From assembly GCA_965208835.1 (NCBI GenBank), contig OZ242358.1, positions 4,672,001 through 4,736,000 on the forward strand: DNA of 64,000 bases. The letters are read 5' to 3'. The notes under the pieces are model-generated. The model worked only from the letters and a program-made list of their open reading frames with translations. It did not search any database and was not told where the DNA came from. A program made the translations under genes and the position numbers. This stretch comes from Candidatus Latescibacterota bacterium. GTDB lineage: Bacteria > Latescibacterota > UBA2968 > GCA-2709665. Positions 37,996-48,465 of the stretch are shown here, in pieces; position 1 is the stretch's first letter; the number at the start of each line of letters is the position of its first letter.

Positions 37996-40953
37996 TCACT
38001 CACGCGTCCGTCTGTTTTCTTGGACATCCTTTGAACCTGCCAGCCGTTTCTCCTGGACACTTCGGGTATATTTGCAGTCGGGCCAGTTCGAACAACCGAT
38101 GAACCGTCCATATTTTCCCCTCTTCTCCCGCAGCCATCCAAAGCACGTCGGACATCCTTCAACACCCTTCCGGCAGTCCAGGCAACGGTAGTTCCCATCA
38201 ACTTTAGCCTGTAATCCAGTCCGGCAATGGGGACACCCGGGCTGTCGAAACTCGCAATACGGCCAGAGCGAACAACCGTAGAATATCCCCCTGCCCCGAG
38301 CGCTGCCTCTCCGCTGCAGCCGTCCATGGATGCATCCGGGGCACGGAACATCCCGTTTTGGTTGCTCTCCATGAACCTCTACGTCATAGCCGTCCTTCAT
38401 CAACTCCTCGACGAAAGCCGAAGGCGTTCCCAAATCGGCAAGGAGATAGACGCCGCGCCTGGCGCGGGTGACCGCGACATAGAACAGGCGGCGCTCCTCG
38501 GCGTTTGGAAATGCTTCCGGCGCAGCCAGAACGAGGTCCAGCAGCGGGTCGTCGACGATCCCCGTGGGGAAGCCGTACTTTCCGGAGCACAGGTCAAGTA
38601 CCACCACGTAATCGGCCTCAAGGCCCTTGGATCCGTGGACAGTCATGAACGTGAGTTCAAGATTCAAATGCGCTCGCGCCAACGTGCCTATATTCCGGGG
38701 CCTGTTGTGCCGGTATCGGCCCAGCAGCAGAACCGTAGCGGGCTCGTCGTCACCGGCTGTATGTGCAGCAATTGCGTTCAACGCCTCCGCCAGCGGATCC
38801 GGGCACGTTTCCCGGGCGACCATTATATGCACGCACGGCTCGTCCGCATTGAAGATGGATGAAACACGCTTGCGAATCTGAGCGGGGTTGCTGAGTACGA
38901 ATCGGGTAGCGAGATCGGAGATACGATCCGTACATCTGAACGTCGTCTCCATGTCGACGCGTTCGCTCTCGCCAAAGTGTGCCGCGAACTCTCGCATAAT
39001 GGCGATGTCCGAACCTGCAAAGCGGAAGATGGCCTGCCAGTCGTCGCCGACGGCAAACAGCTGTGCGGTATTCGATGTGTCCAGCAACGCCTTCAGCAGT
39101 CGCGCTCTTCCGGCCGAAATGTCCTGAAACTCATCGACGAGTATGTAGCCATACCGGTTGCGGTAGCGCCCACTTTGCACGTGTTCTGTCGCGATGGTGA
39201 TCATGTCGTGGAAGTCAATTTGCCGCTTCCTTGCAAGCGATTCCTGGTAACGCTCGTATACAGGAATGAAAACGGTCAGGAAGGCCTCTGCCCGAGGACG
39301 GAATGGCGCCTCGGCGGCGCGACGGGCCACGTCGTTTGCCGAAAGTTGCGCACCCTTGTAATGATGGAGGAACGTCGCAACCAGACGCGTGAAAGGGTCG
39401 ATTCGACCCTGCTGTTCAAGTACGGAAAAGGTCTCCTCGGATGGGATCGGAGACAGCGTTACCCCATGGGCGGTTAATTTTTCCTCCAGGTTCAGGGTCA
39501 GTCTGCCCGCTTTCTTTTCGTGACTGTAGGTCTCCACGAGTACGGTGCCATGTTCAGCGTGCAGGCGTCTCTTCCAGTCCAATGACCTGAGGTATTTTCG
39601 GCGGTCGATAAAGGGGGGTGTATTGTTCGATTCCGAAAGTGCAATGTGTTCAATGTATATCCCCGCGTCGGGAAGGTAGAAGTCGGGCTGGTATTGCCTC
39701 TTCTCCGGCGTGGCGGTTTCGTGTTCGTAATCGCGTTCGTACTCATAGGCCACGCCGTTGAGGTAAAGGAAGTTGGCGATCTCGCATTCTTCGAAACTCT
39801 TGAGTTTCTCGCCTTTCAGGGACCGGACGCCGTTGTCCCGGAGATAGGCCCAATACGCTCCCTGCGTCTGAAATTCGAACTCGCTTCGGTACGGAGCGAA
39901 GTGTTCCGCGAACCATTTGAGCGTGACCTCCGAGAACCTGGGATCGGCGACGAGGTCGCGAACGATGCCCCTCAGCAGATCGTACAGCGCTTGCTCATCT
40001 ACCGCGGCCCTGGCCACGGCCGGGCGCCTGCGTTCCACTTCGCCGATAATCGACATTCCCAGGCTGTGGAACGTTCGGACCGTGAGCTCGGCTCCCACCC
40101 GATCCCCGAGGCGTTTCCGGATCCTTTCCACCATTTCTTCCTGGGCATCTTTGGCAAATGCAAGCAGAAGCAGTTCCGATGGACGCCGGTAACCCTTCTG
40201 AATGAGCCAGCCCGCCTTGGCAACGATGACCGACGTCTTGCCGCTCCCGGCCGCTGCAACGATCAGGTTGCGGTCTTCATCAACGACAACCGCTCTACGC
40301 TGCTCGTCCGTGAGCGGCCTCGCCTCGATCCCGTCGAAGAATTCCCTGGATCGCAACAGCTCGTTGGCCACAAACGTGTCGCAGGCTCTCGTCCGCCAAC
40401 GTTCGGAGTCATCCGAGAAGTCCTGAATCGCCTTCAGCATTCGGATTTCCGCGAGGTCGGACAGCTGTTCGGGCCACTGGGAGGGGAACCGTGCGGCCAC
40501 GTCATTGGCGTCGTATTCGATTGGGGAAAAGACAGTGCGCGCCACATACCTCGGCGGATCGGTAAACCGGGCCAGGCGGTCGTAAACGGATTCTATCGTT
40601 TCAATGTGTGAATCCAGGGCGTCTTGCCACCAATCGACTCTTGCGCGCAAGAGTGCGTCGCCGAACAATTGCGCGGACGGTTTAGACAGTCCGGACACCG
40701 TTACATCGCCGGAGGCCAGACGTACTCGCAAGCGGCCCCAGAACCACCCAAGCCCCATCTCCGCGGTCTCGATTGCCCGAAAGGGGATAACAATGGACCG
40801 GGACCGGCGTTCCAGGATCAGCCTTTCACCCGTCAGCCTGACCGCTCCGGCCTGTCCCGGACGCAGGAACCGGAACACGAACGAGGCCAGGCCGGATCGT
40901 CCGGCGCACATGGATCTCCCGGGGTCCGAATGACGACTGTGCGTACGGGCCAT
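37996..40953 (-). CDS. helD: UvrD-family helicase IV-like protein with C-terminal topoisomerase-type Zn ribbons
   Basis: AAAGSGKT, VDEFQD, VGDDWQAIFRF, TVHGSKGLEAD, EERRLFYVAVTRA, FYGCS/FIGCSNWPDC. Confidence 0.85.
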   Translation of the reverse strand: MARTHSRHSDPGRSMCAGRSGLASFVFRFLRPGQAGAVRLTGERLILERRSRSIVIPFRAIETAEMGLGWFWGRLRVRLASGDVTVSGLSKPSAQLFGDALLRARVDWWQDALDSHIETIESVYDRLARFTDPPRYVARTVFSPIEYDANDVAARFPSQWPEQLSDLAEIRMLKAIQDFSDDSERWRTRACDTFVANELLRSREFFDGIEARPLTDEQRRAVVVDEDRNLIVAAAGSGKTSVIVAKAGWLIQKGYRRPSELLLLAFAKDAQEEMVERIRKRLGDRVGAELTVRTFHSLGMSIIGEVERRRPAVARAAVDEQALYDLLRGIVRDLVADPRFSEVTLKWFAEHFAPYRSEFEFQTQGAYWAYLRDNGVRSLKGEKLKSFEECEIANFLYLNGVAYEYERDYEHETATPEKRQYQPDFYLPDAGIYIEHIALSESNNTPPFIDRRKYLRSLDWKRRLHAEHGTVLVETYSHEKKAGRLTLNLEEKLTAHGVTLSPIPSEETFSVLEQQGRIDPFTRLVATFLHHYKGAQLSANDVARRAAEAPFRPRAEAFLTVFIPVYERYQESLARKRQIDFHDMITIATEHVQSGRYRNRYGYILVDEFQDISAGRARLLKALLDTSNTAQLFAVGDDWQAIFRFAGSDIAIMREFAAHFGESERVDMETTFRCTDRISDLATRFVLSNPAQIRKRVSSIFNADEPCVHIMVARETCPDPLAEALNAIAAHTAGDDEPATVLLLGRYRHNRPRNIGTLARAHLNLELTFMTVHGSKGLEADYVVVLDLCSGKYGFPTGIVDDPLLDLVLAAPEAFPNAEERRLFYVAVTRARRGVYLLADLGTPSAFVEELMKDGYDVEVHGEQPKRDVPCPGCIHGRLQRRGSARGRGIFYGCSLWPYCEFRQPGCPHCRTGLQAKVDGNYRCLDCRKGVEGCPTCFGWLREKRGKYGRFIGCSNWPDCKYTRSVQEKRLAGSKDVQENRRTRE

Positions 40954-41386
40954 TTCTGTTTCCCATACATGCGAAGTACATCAGTTGGCGAGTCAAGTGC
41001 CCTTAAGGCGCACTCGAAATGTCGCCCGGCAGCTTGTCCTATTCAAGCTGGGCGAGTTTTTCCACGCAAATCGTACGCCAGGCTGGTCGGAAATCGAATT
41101 TAAAACCCGTCAGGCGGTTGTTGACCTGGGCGCCGGGCTCCGCCTCATCGGCTGCCGCGCACGGCAGAAGCCGTGTGACATGCGGCCTCCAATTCCGCTT
41201 CTGGTTTCCGTTGACACGCTCCCGCAATTCCGCTTTCTTTCGCCATTGGCGTCTGCGTCCTGACTCACGCATGGTCTCGTCGCTTCACAATGCGGTTCTG
41301 CCTTGAGTCGACGCAATAAGGCGCCCGTTCGACCGTTCACGCGGGTGCCGTCCTTTGAGACGTTTCTTGCAAGCGAAAGGCATCCA

Positions 41387-42187
41387 ATGGAAACCGTACG
41401 CGACAGGCTCTGGATCTTCACCTGTGTAGCGGGTTCGGACAACGACTCGCTCACGTCCGCCGGATACACGCAGGGGTCCCGGATGACGCCCGCCGAAGGC
41501 GCGTTATTCCTGGACGTCCCCAATCTCCATATGATCCGGTGGCGCGGCCTGCCCGCGTACCCTTACGATCAGCTTGCCGTTACCTTTTCCTCGCTGAAAC
41601 AGGTCACCTGGTCCATCGTGGGCAGCGGCGGCCAGGTGGAAGGGGACGAACTGCAGCGCGTATTGGATCTTGCCGAGAAGAATTCCAACGTCACGGGCGT
41701 CTATCTGGACGACTTCATGCGAGAGAACGGCAGGGGCGTCCTCAGCGTGGATGACCTCGCCGCCATTCGACCGCGACTGAACGTTGCCGGCAGACGGCTG
41801 GACCTCTGGGTCGTCCTCTACATCAGGCAACTCGATCTTCCCGTCGCCCCGTACCTCGAACACTGTGACGTCGTCAATCTCTGGACCTGGAATTCAGACG
41901 ATCTGAAGGACCTTGAACGGAACCTGGACCGCCTCGAATCGATCAAACCAGGCGGCCGGGTATCCCTGGGGTGCTATCTCTGGGACTTCCATAACCGGCG
42001 CACGGTTTCCGTCCCGCAGATGGAGCACCAGTGCGAACTGGGTCTCAGGTGGCTCCGGGAAGGACGCATTGAAAGCATCGTCTTTCTTGCCAATACCACA
42101 TGCGACATCGGCATCGAATCCGCGCCATGGGCGCAGGCGTGGATCAGAAAAGTCGGCGATATACCGCTCGACGCTTTCAAGGGATGA
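41387..42187 (+). CDS. hypothetical protein (possible TIM-barrel hydrolase)
   Basis: Clean ORF with RBS; GVYLDDF, WVVLY, LGCYLWD; no recognised family. Confidence 0.6.
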   Translation: METVRDRLWIFTCVAGSDNDSLTSAGYTQGSRMTPAEGALFLDVPNLHMIRWRGLPAYPYDQLAVTFSSLKQVTWSIVGSGGQVEGDELQRVLDLAEKNSNVTGVYLDDFMRENGRGVLSVDDLAAIRPRLNVAGRRLDLWVVLYIRQLDLPVAPYLEHCDVVNLWTWNSDDLKDLERNLDRLESIKPGGRVSLGCYLWDFHNRRTVSVPQMEHQCELGLRWLREGRIESIVFLANTTCDIGIESAPWAQAWIRKVGDIPLDAFKG

Positions 42188-42249
42188 ACCGGACGCGCGG
42201 TACAACAGCCACATGACAGATCACGCCGGACATTGAGGAGACCACCAGA

Positions 42250-43518
42250 ATGAAAGAGAACGAACGAGTCGGCGCAGGCGTTGGCAAAAACACCTATATA
42301 CCCAGCGACGGGCTTCACGCGTTCTACGCCAGCGGCCAGACGTACACGGGTGCGACCGGTGAGAGAATGGTCGAAACCGTGACGTCCGAGCTCCTCCAGT
42401 GGGTGAATCACGACGACGGACGCACAACGCTGGATGCCTGCTACGACGGCAACTGGGTGAGGGTGTCGGACGACAACGGATCGCAGTGGGCGGAATTGGG
42501 ACCGCGGGTACGCTTCGACGTCGGAATCGCCGAAGAACAGTTGATGCCGGCGGGATTCAGCCTGGATACGAAGAACGACGTGCTGGTGAGGTTTTTCAGG
42601 GGGCAAAGGGCAGACAAGCGATGCTACGGTTACATCAATCAGGGCGCTTACCGCGCATTCTACAGCATATCCGCAGACCAGGGAACGACCTGGAGCGATC
42701 CCGTCCAGATTGTCGCCCGGGGGGACGGTTTCGACGCGGACCGCTGGGGCCCCGGCTTCGAGTATGGCGTTCGCGGCGGAATCCTCAACGGAACCCACTG
42801 CATCTGGATGGCGGACGGGTCGGTGCTTGCGCCCTTCACGGAGTACGAACGACTGGACGGTACCAGACCCTGGTGCTTCAGGGTGGTCTGCGCAAGGGGA
42901 CACTGGAATGAAGACCGGAGCGGATTTGACTGGGAATTCGGGGATTTTATCGAAGTACCGCCCGGGAAATCCAGAATTGGATGCTGCGAACCATCGATCG
43001 CAGCGCTGGAATCGGGCGCGCTGTTCGCCACCATGAGATGCCAGGGCAACGAGGCGACCGGCAGCTATACCATCCCCTACTCCGCCGTTTCAGAAGACGG
43101 CGGGATGAGCTGGTCGCAGCCGGAACCACTGGTCTACGACGACGGGTCGAACGTCTGGACGCCCGCCTCCTGTACGGCCTTTTATAATTCCTCCGTTATC
43201 GGCAAGACCTACTGGATCGCCAATATCCTGGATGGCCCGGTTTATGGACAGATCCCTCGATATCCGCTGCAGATCGCCGAATTCGACACGGGTAACGCGT
43301 GTATCGTGAAGGACTCGGTCCGGCTGATTCAGGACCGACCCGACGACGCGCACGAAAACGTGAGATATACCAACTTCGGGTGGTACGAAGACAGAAGGAC
43401 CGGTCAACTGATCATTACGCTTCCGGAGCAGTATCGCCGCATGGGCTGGGCCGACATGGAAAAGCCGGAGGACTTCGCGGCGGATTGCGTCAGATATACG
43501 GTGGACATGGACGAATAG
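42250..43518 (+). CDS. sialidase-like Asp-box (BNR) protein
   Basis: SDDNGSQW, SADQGTTW, SEDGGMSW, EPSIA, PRYPL. Confidence 0.8.
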   Translation: MKENERVGAGVGKNTYIPSDGLHAFYASGQTYTGATGERMVETVTSELLQWVNHDDGRTTLDACYDGNWVRVSDDNGSQWAELGPRVRFDVGIAEEQLMPAGFSLDTKNDVLVRFFRGQRADKRCYGYINQGAYRAFYSISADQGTTWSDPVQIVARGDGFDADRWGPGFEYGVRGGILNGTHCIWMADGSVLAPFTEYERLDGTRPWCFRVVCARGHWNEDRSGFDWEFGDFIEVPPGKSRIGCCEPSIAALESGALFATMRCQGNEATGSYTIPYSAVSEDGGMSWSQPEPLVYDDGSNVWTPASCTAFYNSSVIGKTYWIANILDGPVYGQIPRYPLQIAEFDTGNACIVKDSVRLIQDRPDDAHENVRYTNFGWYEDRRTGQLIITLPEQYRRMGWADMEKPEDFAADCVRYTVDMDE

Positions 43519-43565
43519 ACGTTTACTTACAGGGAAAGTGTGGCACGCAACCGTTTGTCGAAACA

Positions 43566-45257
43566 TTATTCCACGTATCCGGAGATGAGATCCACAGTGG
43601 CCTCATCTCCTTTTTTCTGCGCCCAGGCGAGGGGTGTGGCCCATTCGGCTCCGGACAGTATGGGGTCGGCCCCACTTTCCAGGTACAATCGGGCCAGTTC
43701 GTGCTTGCCCCATCTGACCGCCCAACCGAGCGGTGTGGACTGAAGAAGCTCGTCGATGACGTTCAGGTCGGCGCCGTGGTCAAGCAGGATGGTTGCAAAT
43801 GTTATGCGTTCGGGTTCGGTCATAATCGGTTCGCCCCAGACGATCCCGCAGGCCGCCAGATGGTGAGCGAGCCGATACCCGAAACGACCCACAAGATTGG
43901 GGCTGACGCCGTGGGCCAGAATCATCCGGAAGATCTCGGGATAGACCGTTCGGTCGAAGTCGCGGAACTTGCGGTGGGGGTTGGTCCGCCACAGGCGCAG
44001 CGGCTGCTCCAGCAGGCCGAACCACCGCCCGTCGTCCGGTTTCCAGTCGAGTTTCCTCAGGCACATCCCCACGATATCCGGGTCGCCGCCGCATCCGGCC
44101 GCCCAGAGCAGCTTTTCCGCTATCGACGGGTCGTTGTGGAGGGCGACCGCGCCGGCGGCGGTTTCAGCCTCGAGTCCAATGGTAATGTGATCCAGAACGC
44201 CTCCGTATCGGAACAACAGTCCCTTCATCCGATCGTCGCGGTTGTTGTACGCCGCACCCACGGGATTGGCGCTGGCATAGATGCTGGCGTTGGGGTCGGC
44301 GCCCCGCTCGAGCAGGAGTTCGGCGATTTCATGTCGGGAGTTACCTGACGCATCGGACAGGGGCCCACCCCACGAATACGGCTTGGATTCGTAGTGGTGC
44401 AGCTGATGCCGGTCGTCCGGGTGCAGACCGAGGTCCAACAGCAGGCGCACCATGTCGATATTGTCATTCTGGACGGCGATCGTCAGAAGCCCGTTGCGCT
44501 CACTGTCGTTCGCCTGAAAGCGTTCGGGATGCGTCTTCGCGAACGTACGGACAAACTCGAAATCCCCCAGGGCAACGGCGGATTCGATGGATTGCTCGCA
44601 TCCCGCCTGGAGCAGAATTCCCGTGCAGATCAGACACCCTTCGTTGAGCGGCCTGTTGCGGCCGCGAATGTTGTGTACGGCCCCGTCCAGGGGCGACTGT
44701 CCCTCCGGCGTGAGATGGGTGATATCGGCGCCACGTTTAAGCAACTCGCGAACGAGCCTGTAACGGCCGTGCGATGCCGCGGCGTGAATGACGCTGCCGC
44801 CATTGCGATGACAGGCATCCAGCAGTTCGGGCTGCCCATCCAGGACGTCGAGCGCGGCCTCGTCCCTCCCCTCACTGACGGCCTCGAAGAGTGCGTCGTT
44901 CTCGTCGGTGATGGTGATATTCTTGCAGGCAGCCAGCTTGCGTCTTTCGTCTTCTTCCCTGATCACGTGGACGATGTCGTCCAGGCCGCGTTCCCGGGCC
45001 ATGGTATACGCGCCGGTGGCATCGCGGTGGGGATAGATGCCCGAGTTGTGGTCCGCGCCCGCTTCCATAAGAACGCGGACCGCATCGATGTGCCGGTTCA
45101 TCACCGCGTAATGAATCGCGCGGTGTTCGTTGTTCTCCGCCATGTGTACGTTTACCAGGTCGGGCTGTTCGCCAAGTATCTGTTCAATCCTCGAGACGTC
45201 GCCGCTGGCTGCCGCCTCGCAGAGATCGGCGACCCTGAACGATCCGTTGTTGGCCAT
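43566..45257 (-). CDS. ankyrin repeat protein
   Basis: Multiple A.HYA/TPL.WA...LL..GAD repeats. Confidence 0.88.
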   Translation of the reverse strand: MANNGSFRVADLCEAAASGDVSRIEQILGEQPDLVNVHMAENNEHRAIHYAVMNRHIDAVRVLMEAGADHNSGIYPHRDATGAYTMARERGLDDIVHVIREEDERRKLAACKNITITDENDALFEAVSEGRDEAALDVLDGQPELLDACHRNGGSVIHAAASHGRYRLVRELLKRGADITHLTPEGQSPLDGAVHNIRGRNRPLNEGCLICTGILLQAGCEQSIESAVALGDFEFVRTFAKTHPERFQANDSERNGLLTIAVQNDNIDMVRLLLDLGLHPDDRHQLHHYESKPYSWGGPLSDASGNSRHEIAELLLERGADPNASIYASANPVGAAYNNRDDRMKGLLFRYGGVLDHITIGLEAETAAGAVALHNDPSIAEKLLWAAGCGGDPDIVGMCLRKLDWKPDDGRWFGLLEQPLRLWRTNPHRKFRDFDRTVYPEIFRMILAHGVSPNLVGRFGYRLAHHLAACGIVWGEPIMTEPERITFATILLDHGADLNVIDELLQSTPLGWAVRWGKHELARLYLESGADPILSGAEWATPLAWAQKKGDEATVDLISGYVE

Positions 45258-45302
45258 TGCTGTTCCTCCATCTATCCTTGATTCGTCACTTTTCGGGGCT
45301 CT

Positions 45303-45433
45303 ACGAAACTACGAAAGAGCGAAATTACGAGAAGACGAAACTACGAATTTACGAAAAAGCGGGAATAAATCATCCGTCTACTGGGCTTCTCGTTTATTCG
45401 TCTATTCGTATTCTCGTATTCTCGCCTTTTCGT
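45303..45433. repeat. inverted array of degenerate 8-mers
   Basis: 8 RCGARAHD-like units (45303-45366), 19-nt spacer, 6 inverted units (45386-45433). Confidence 0.85.
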
Positions 45434-45435
45434 CC

Positions 45436-45993
45436 TCACATTCCGTATTCGAAAGTAAGTTCCCTCTTCACGTCCGTTTTCCCGACGCTCTCCCTTAAAT
45501 CCTCCATCATTTCCAGCCATCTGTGTTCCCTGAATTTGCCGAAGTCAAGGACGAGTCCGGGAAGGGCCCTGCTCTCGACGAGGCCGGCCGGCTCCTGGCC
45601 GAGGACTTCAAACTTGCCTCCCCGAAGCTGGTACCACGTCGCCGGTTTACCGTTTTCCAGGAACAATGCCTCCTGGACTCCCGACGCCTCATAGATCTGA
45701 CGTTTCTTGCCCAGGTCCGTGAATCCGTGCTTGGACTCGATCTCCAGTACGAAGTTCGGCGGCCCTTCGTAGACCTGGTGATCGTGGTTTTTTCTGCAGA
45801 TCTGCCTGGGGCCGTTTCTCCGTACGATCACGCCCACGTTCGGATAGACCATACAGTCCGATTTGCCGCCATAGCTGAGTCGCACCGGCGGGAAGAGAAC
45901 GACGTCCATCCCACCGGCTAACATGCGATAGTAGTTGATCACGGTAAGGATGTCGGCGTGATGTCGCGACACATTCGCATCAGGTACCCACAT
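45436..45993 (-). CDS. Uma2-family (PD-(D/E)XK) endonuclease-like protein
   Basis: YEGPPNFVLEI, DLGKKRQIYEASGVQE, SRALPGL; N-terminus looks short. Confidence 0.75.
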   Translation of the reverse strand: MWVPDANVSRHHADILTVINYYRMLAGGMDVVLFPPVRLSYGGKSDCMVYPNVGVIVRRNGPRQICRKNHDHQVYEGPPNFVLEIESKHGFTDLGKKRQIYEASGVQEALFLENGKPATWYQLRGGKFEVLGQEPAGLVESRALPGLVLDFGKFREHRWLEMMEDLRESVGKTDVKRELTFEYGM

Positions 45994-46068
45994 GACTATG
46001 CTCCTTCCACGTCAATTCCGTAAGTGGTCATCCCGTTCCCTATGCGTTCTTTAGCTGGCCGTGCGTCT

Positions 46069-48462
46069 TCATTCGTGGCGCAAAGCTTCTATGGGATTGG
46101 CGCTTGAGGCTCTGAAGCACTGGAATCCGACAACCAGCAGCGTGCCAAGAACAGATCCCAATGCCGTGACAAGAAAGGGGAACAGGCCCATGTTTGCGCG
46201 ATAGGCGAAATCCTGCAGCCAGTCCTGCATAATGACATAAGCGAAGGGCCATGCGATGAGATTGGCGATAAGCACCAGTTTTGTGAACTCGGCGCCCAGC
46301 AGGATCGCGATTTTGCCGATGGATGCGCCGAAGACTTTGCGGATGCCAATCTCTTTGCGGCGGCGCTCGCACGTGTGGGCTGCGAGGCCAAGCAGGCCGA
46401 TAGAGGCGATGAGAAAAGAGACTCCGAATCCAACGGCGAATATGCGCTGGAAGCGCAGGTATTTTTCGTAATTGATCTCCAGCCGGTCGTCGAGAAACGC
46501 ATACATGAACGGACGAACCGGGATATAGGTCTTCCAGATTTCCTCGAGGCCCTGCATGGTTTCACGAATGTTTCCGGCGGCGAGTCGCAGGTTGACCACG
46601 CGAAAGGAACGCGGGCGCAAGACAAAGGCATTGGCGTGGAGTCTTTCGGTCAGCCGACGCATGTGAAAGTCCTCTACAACGCCGATGATCCAGCCCTCAT
46701 TATTGTGAAGTTTAAACGGTTTTCCGACCGGATTTTCAAGTCCGAGTTTCTCCACGGCTGTCTCGTTGAGAACATATGCACTTTCAAAATCACTCTTGAT
46801 GTCAACGGAAAAATTGCGCCCCGCAACGAGATTGACGCCGATCATGCCGAATTGATCTTCGTCAATGGCGTATTGCCGTATCTCGAAAACAGCGCCCGAT
46901 GGATCCAGCACCATTTCCCTTCTGCTGGTCCAGCCTTCGCCCGGAAGGCTGGCGGATGCGGTTGCCGCGAGCACATCGGGGTGTTCGAGAAAGCGCTGTT
47001 TCACTTCGTTGTAAGTATTCCTCAGCGACCCGTCGACGTCGAAGATACGGAGCGCCAGGATGTTTTCTTTGTTGAACCCCAGATCTTTCTTCAGGACATG
47101 GTCGAGTTGGACAAAGGCGACAAGCGCGACGTAAACGAGAAAAACGGAGACGGCAAACTGAAAGATCATGAAAACCCTGCGTGCTAATGATCCGCCGGAC
47201 CCCGTGGCGGTTTGGCTGTGCAATGCGGCAATGGGGGAGACTCGGCTGAGAAGAAAGGCTGGATAGACGCCCGAAAACAGACCGACCAGAACCGTTGCGG
47301 CCACGAGTACAACCGCCATTTGCGGCTCCAAAAATGCAGAGAGCGTATCCGTTTGCCCCACGATATGTTGCCAGTAAGGCCCGGTCATGCCCGTGAGAAC
47401 AAGGGACAGGGGCAGTGCGAGAATGGTAAGCAGGACGGACTCGAGGAGGAACTGGAATGCCAACTGCCGCTGACCTGCACCAACGACCTTTCGCATACCC
47501 ACTTCCTTAGACCGAAGGGCCGCGCGCGCGGTGGAGAGATTGACGAAGTTGATACAGGCGACGAACAAGACGAGCATGCCAATGGACGCGAGGGAGCGAA
47601 CCGCCTTGAGATCGCCGGCGCCAATGCCGGTGCCCGGACCACTGATGCCTTCTGGAAAATCTTCCCGACCATAGAGACGCGTACGCAAGAGCGATTGAAG
47701 GCGATGGCTGGTTGTGTTTTCCGGGTTTTCTTCGGGTATCGCCAGCGCTCGCAATTTCTGTTCGGTTCGTTCCGGGTCGGCATCCTTGCGCAGACGGACA
47801 AAGGTCTGTACCCACCGAAATGACGTGCGGAGTTCCCAATTGGACCAGGCATCGCGGACGCCTGCCGGCAGGGTTGCAGTTACAAAGTGGGGATTGAAAT
47901 GCGTGTTGCGCGGCTGCTCTTCTATAATTCCAGTGACGATGTAATCGCCCCACTGGCCTTCGAGTACCCTGCCCATGGGGTCTTCCCCGGTCGGGAAGAA
48001 TTCGGCGACCGCCTCTTGCGAAAGGACTACGCCGCCCGGTTGCTTTAGCGCTTTGTGGAGATCGCCGCGCTTTAGTCTGATCCCCCAGAATGCGAGATAG
48101 TTGGGATCGGTATACCAGAACGCGCGGCGCTGTGCAAACTGTCGATATCCCACCCAACGATGGCCCGGACGGATGCGGTTGGCAGATTCGATTTCGGCGA
48201 TGGATCCGATCAATTCGGGGGTGAGGGCAGCGTGAGCCTCGATCTGGTAATCCATTTTGTAGGGGGTGGTCAGTTGCCGCAATACCCGATACGTGCGTTC
48301 GGCCCCGGGGCGAAACGCGTCGAAGCCGGTTTCGTGGGCGACGTAGAGCCAAGTCAGGAGCATGCACGCGAGACCAACGCTCAGGCCGAGGAGATTGGCC
48401 AAAGCATACAAGCGATGGCGAATGACGTGCCGGACGGCGACTGTGAAAACGTTGCGTAGAAT
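46069..48462 (-). CDS. MacB/FtsX-like ABC permease (proposed ATT start)
   Basis: ACINFVNLSTAR, KEVGMRKVVGA, KEIGIRKVFGA, WLQDFAYR, NPIEALRHE; family N-terminus (I)LRNVFTVAVRH lies upstream of the ORF-track TTG. Confidence 0.88.
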   Translation of the reverse strand: MLRNVFTVAVRHVIRHRLYALANLLGLSVGLACMLLTWLYVAHETGFDAFRPGAERTYRVLRQLTTPYKMDYQIEAHAALTPELIGSIAEIESANRIRPGHRWVGYRQFAQRRAFWYTDPNYLAFWGIRLKRGDLHKALKQPGGVVLSQEAVAEFFPTGEDPMGRVLEGQWGDYIVTGIIEEQPRNTHFNPHFVTATLPAGVRDAWSNWELRTSFRWVQTFVRLRKDADPERTEQKLRALAIPEENPENTTSHRLQSLLRTRLYGREDFPEGISGPGTGIGAGDLKAVRSLASIGMLVLFVACINFVNLSTARAALRSKEVGMRKVVGAGQRQLAFQFLLESVLLTILALPLSLVLTGMTGPYWQHIVGQTDTLSAFLEPQMAVVLVAATVLVGLFSGVYPAFLLSRVSPIAALHSQTATGSGGSLARRVFMIFQFAVSVFLVYVALVAFVQLDHVLKKDLGFNKENILALRIFDVDGSLRNTYNEVKQRFLEHPDVLAATASASLPGEGWTSRREMVLDPSGAVFEIRQYAIDEDQFGMIGVNLVAGRNFSVDIKSDFESAYVLNETAVEKLGLENPVGKPFKLHNNEGWIIGVVEDFHMRRLTERLHANAFVLRPRSFRVVNLRLAAGNIRETMQGLEEIWKTYIPVRPFMYAFLDDRLEINYEKYLRFQRIFAVGFGVSFLIASIGLLGLAAHTCERRRKEIGIRKVFGASIGKIAILLGAEFTKLVLIANLIAWPFAYVIMQDWLQDFAYRANMGLFPFLVTALGSVLGTLLVVGFQCFRASSANPIEALRHE

Positions 48463-48465
48463 GTC

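Noticed and set aside
40954-41386. Intergenic region checked for tRNA or riboswitch
   Set aside because: No cloverleaf or recognisable aptamer consensus seen
45257-45694. Small ORFs such as [19 protein letters not shown] over the 8-mer arrays (also 54955-55383)
   Set aside because: Translations of the repeats; no RBS or protein features
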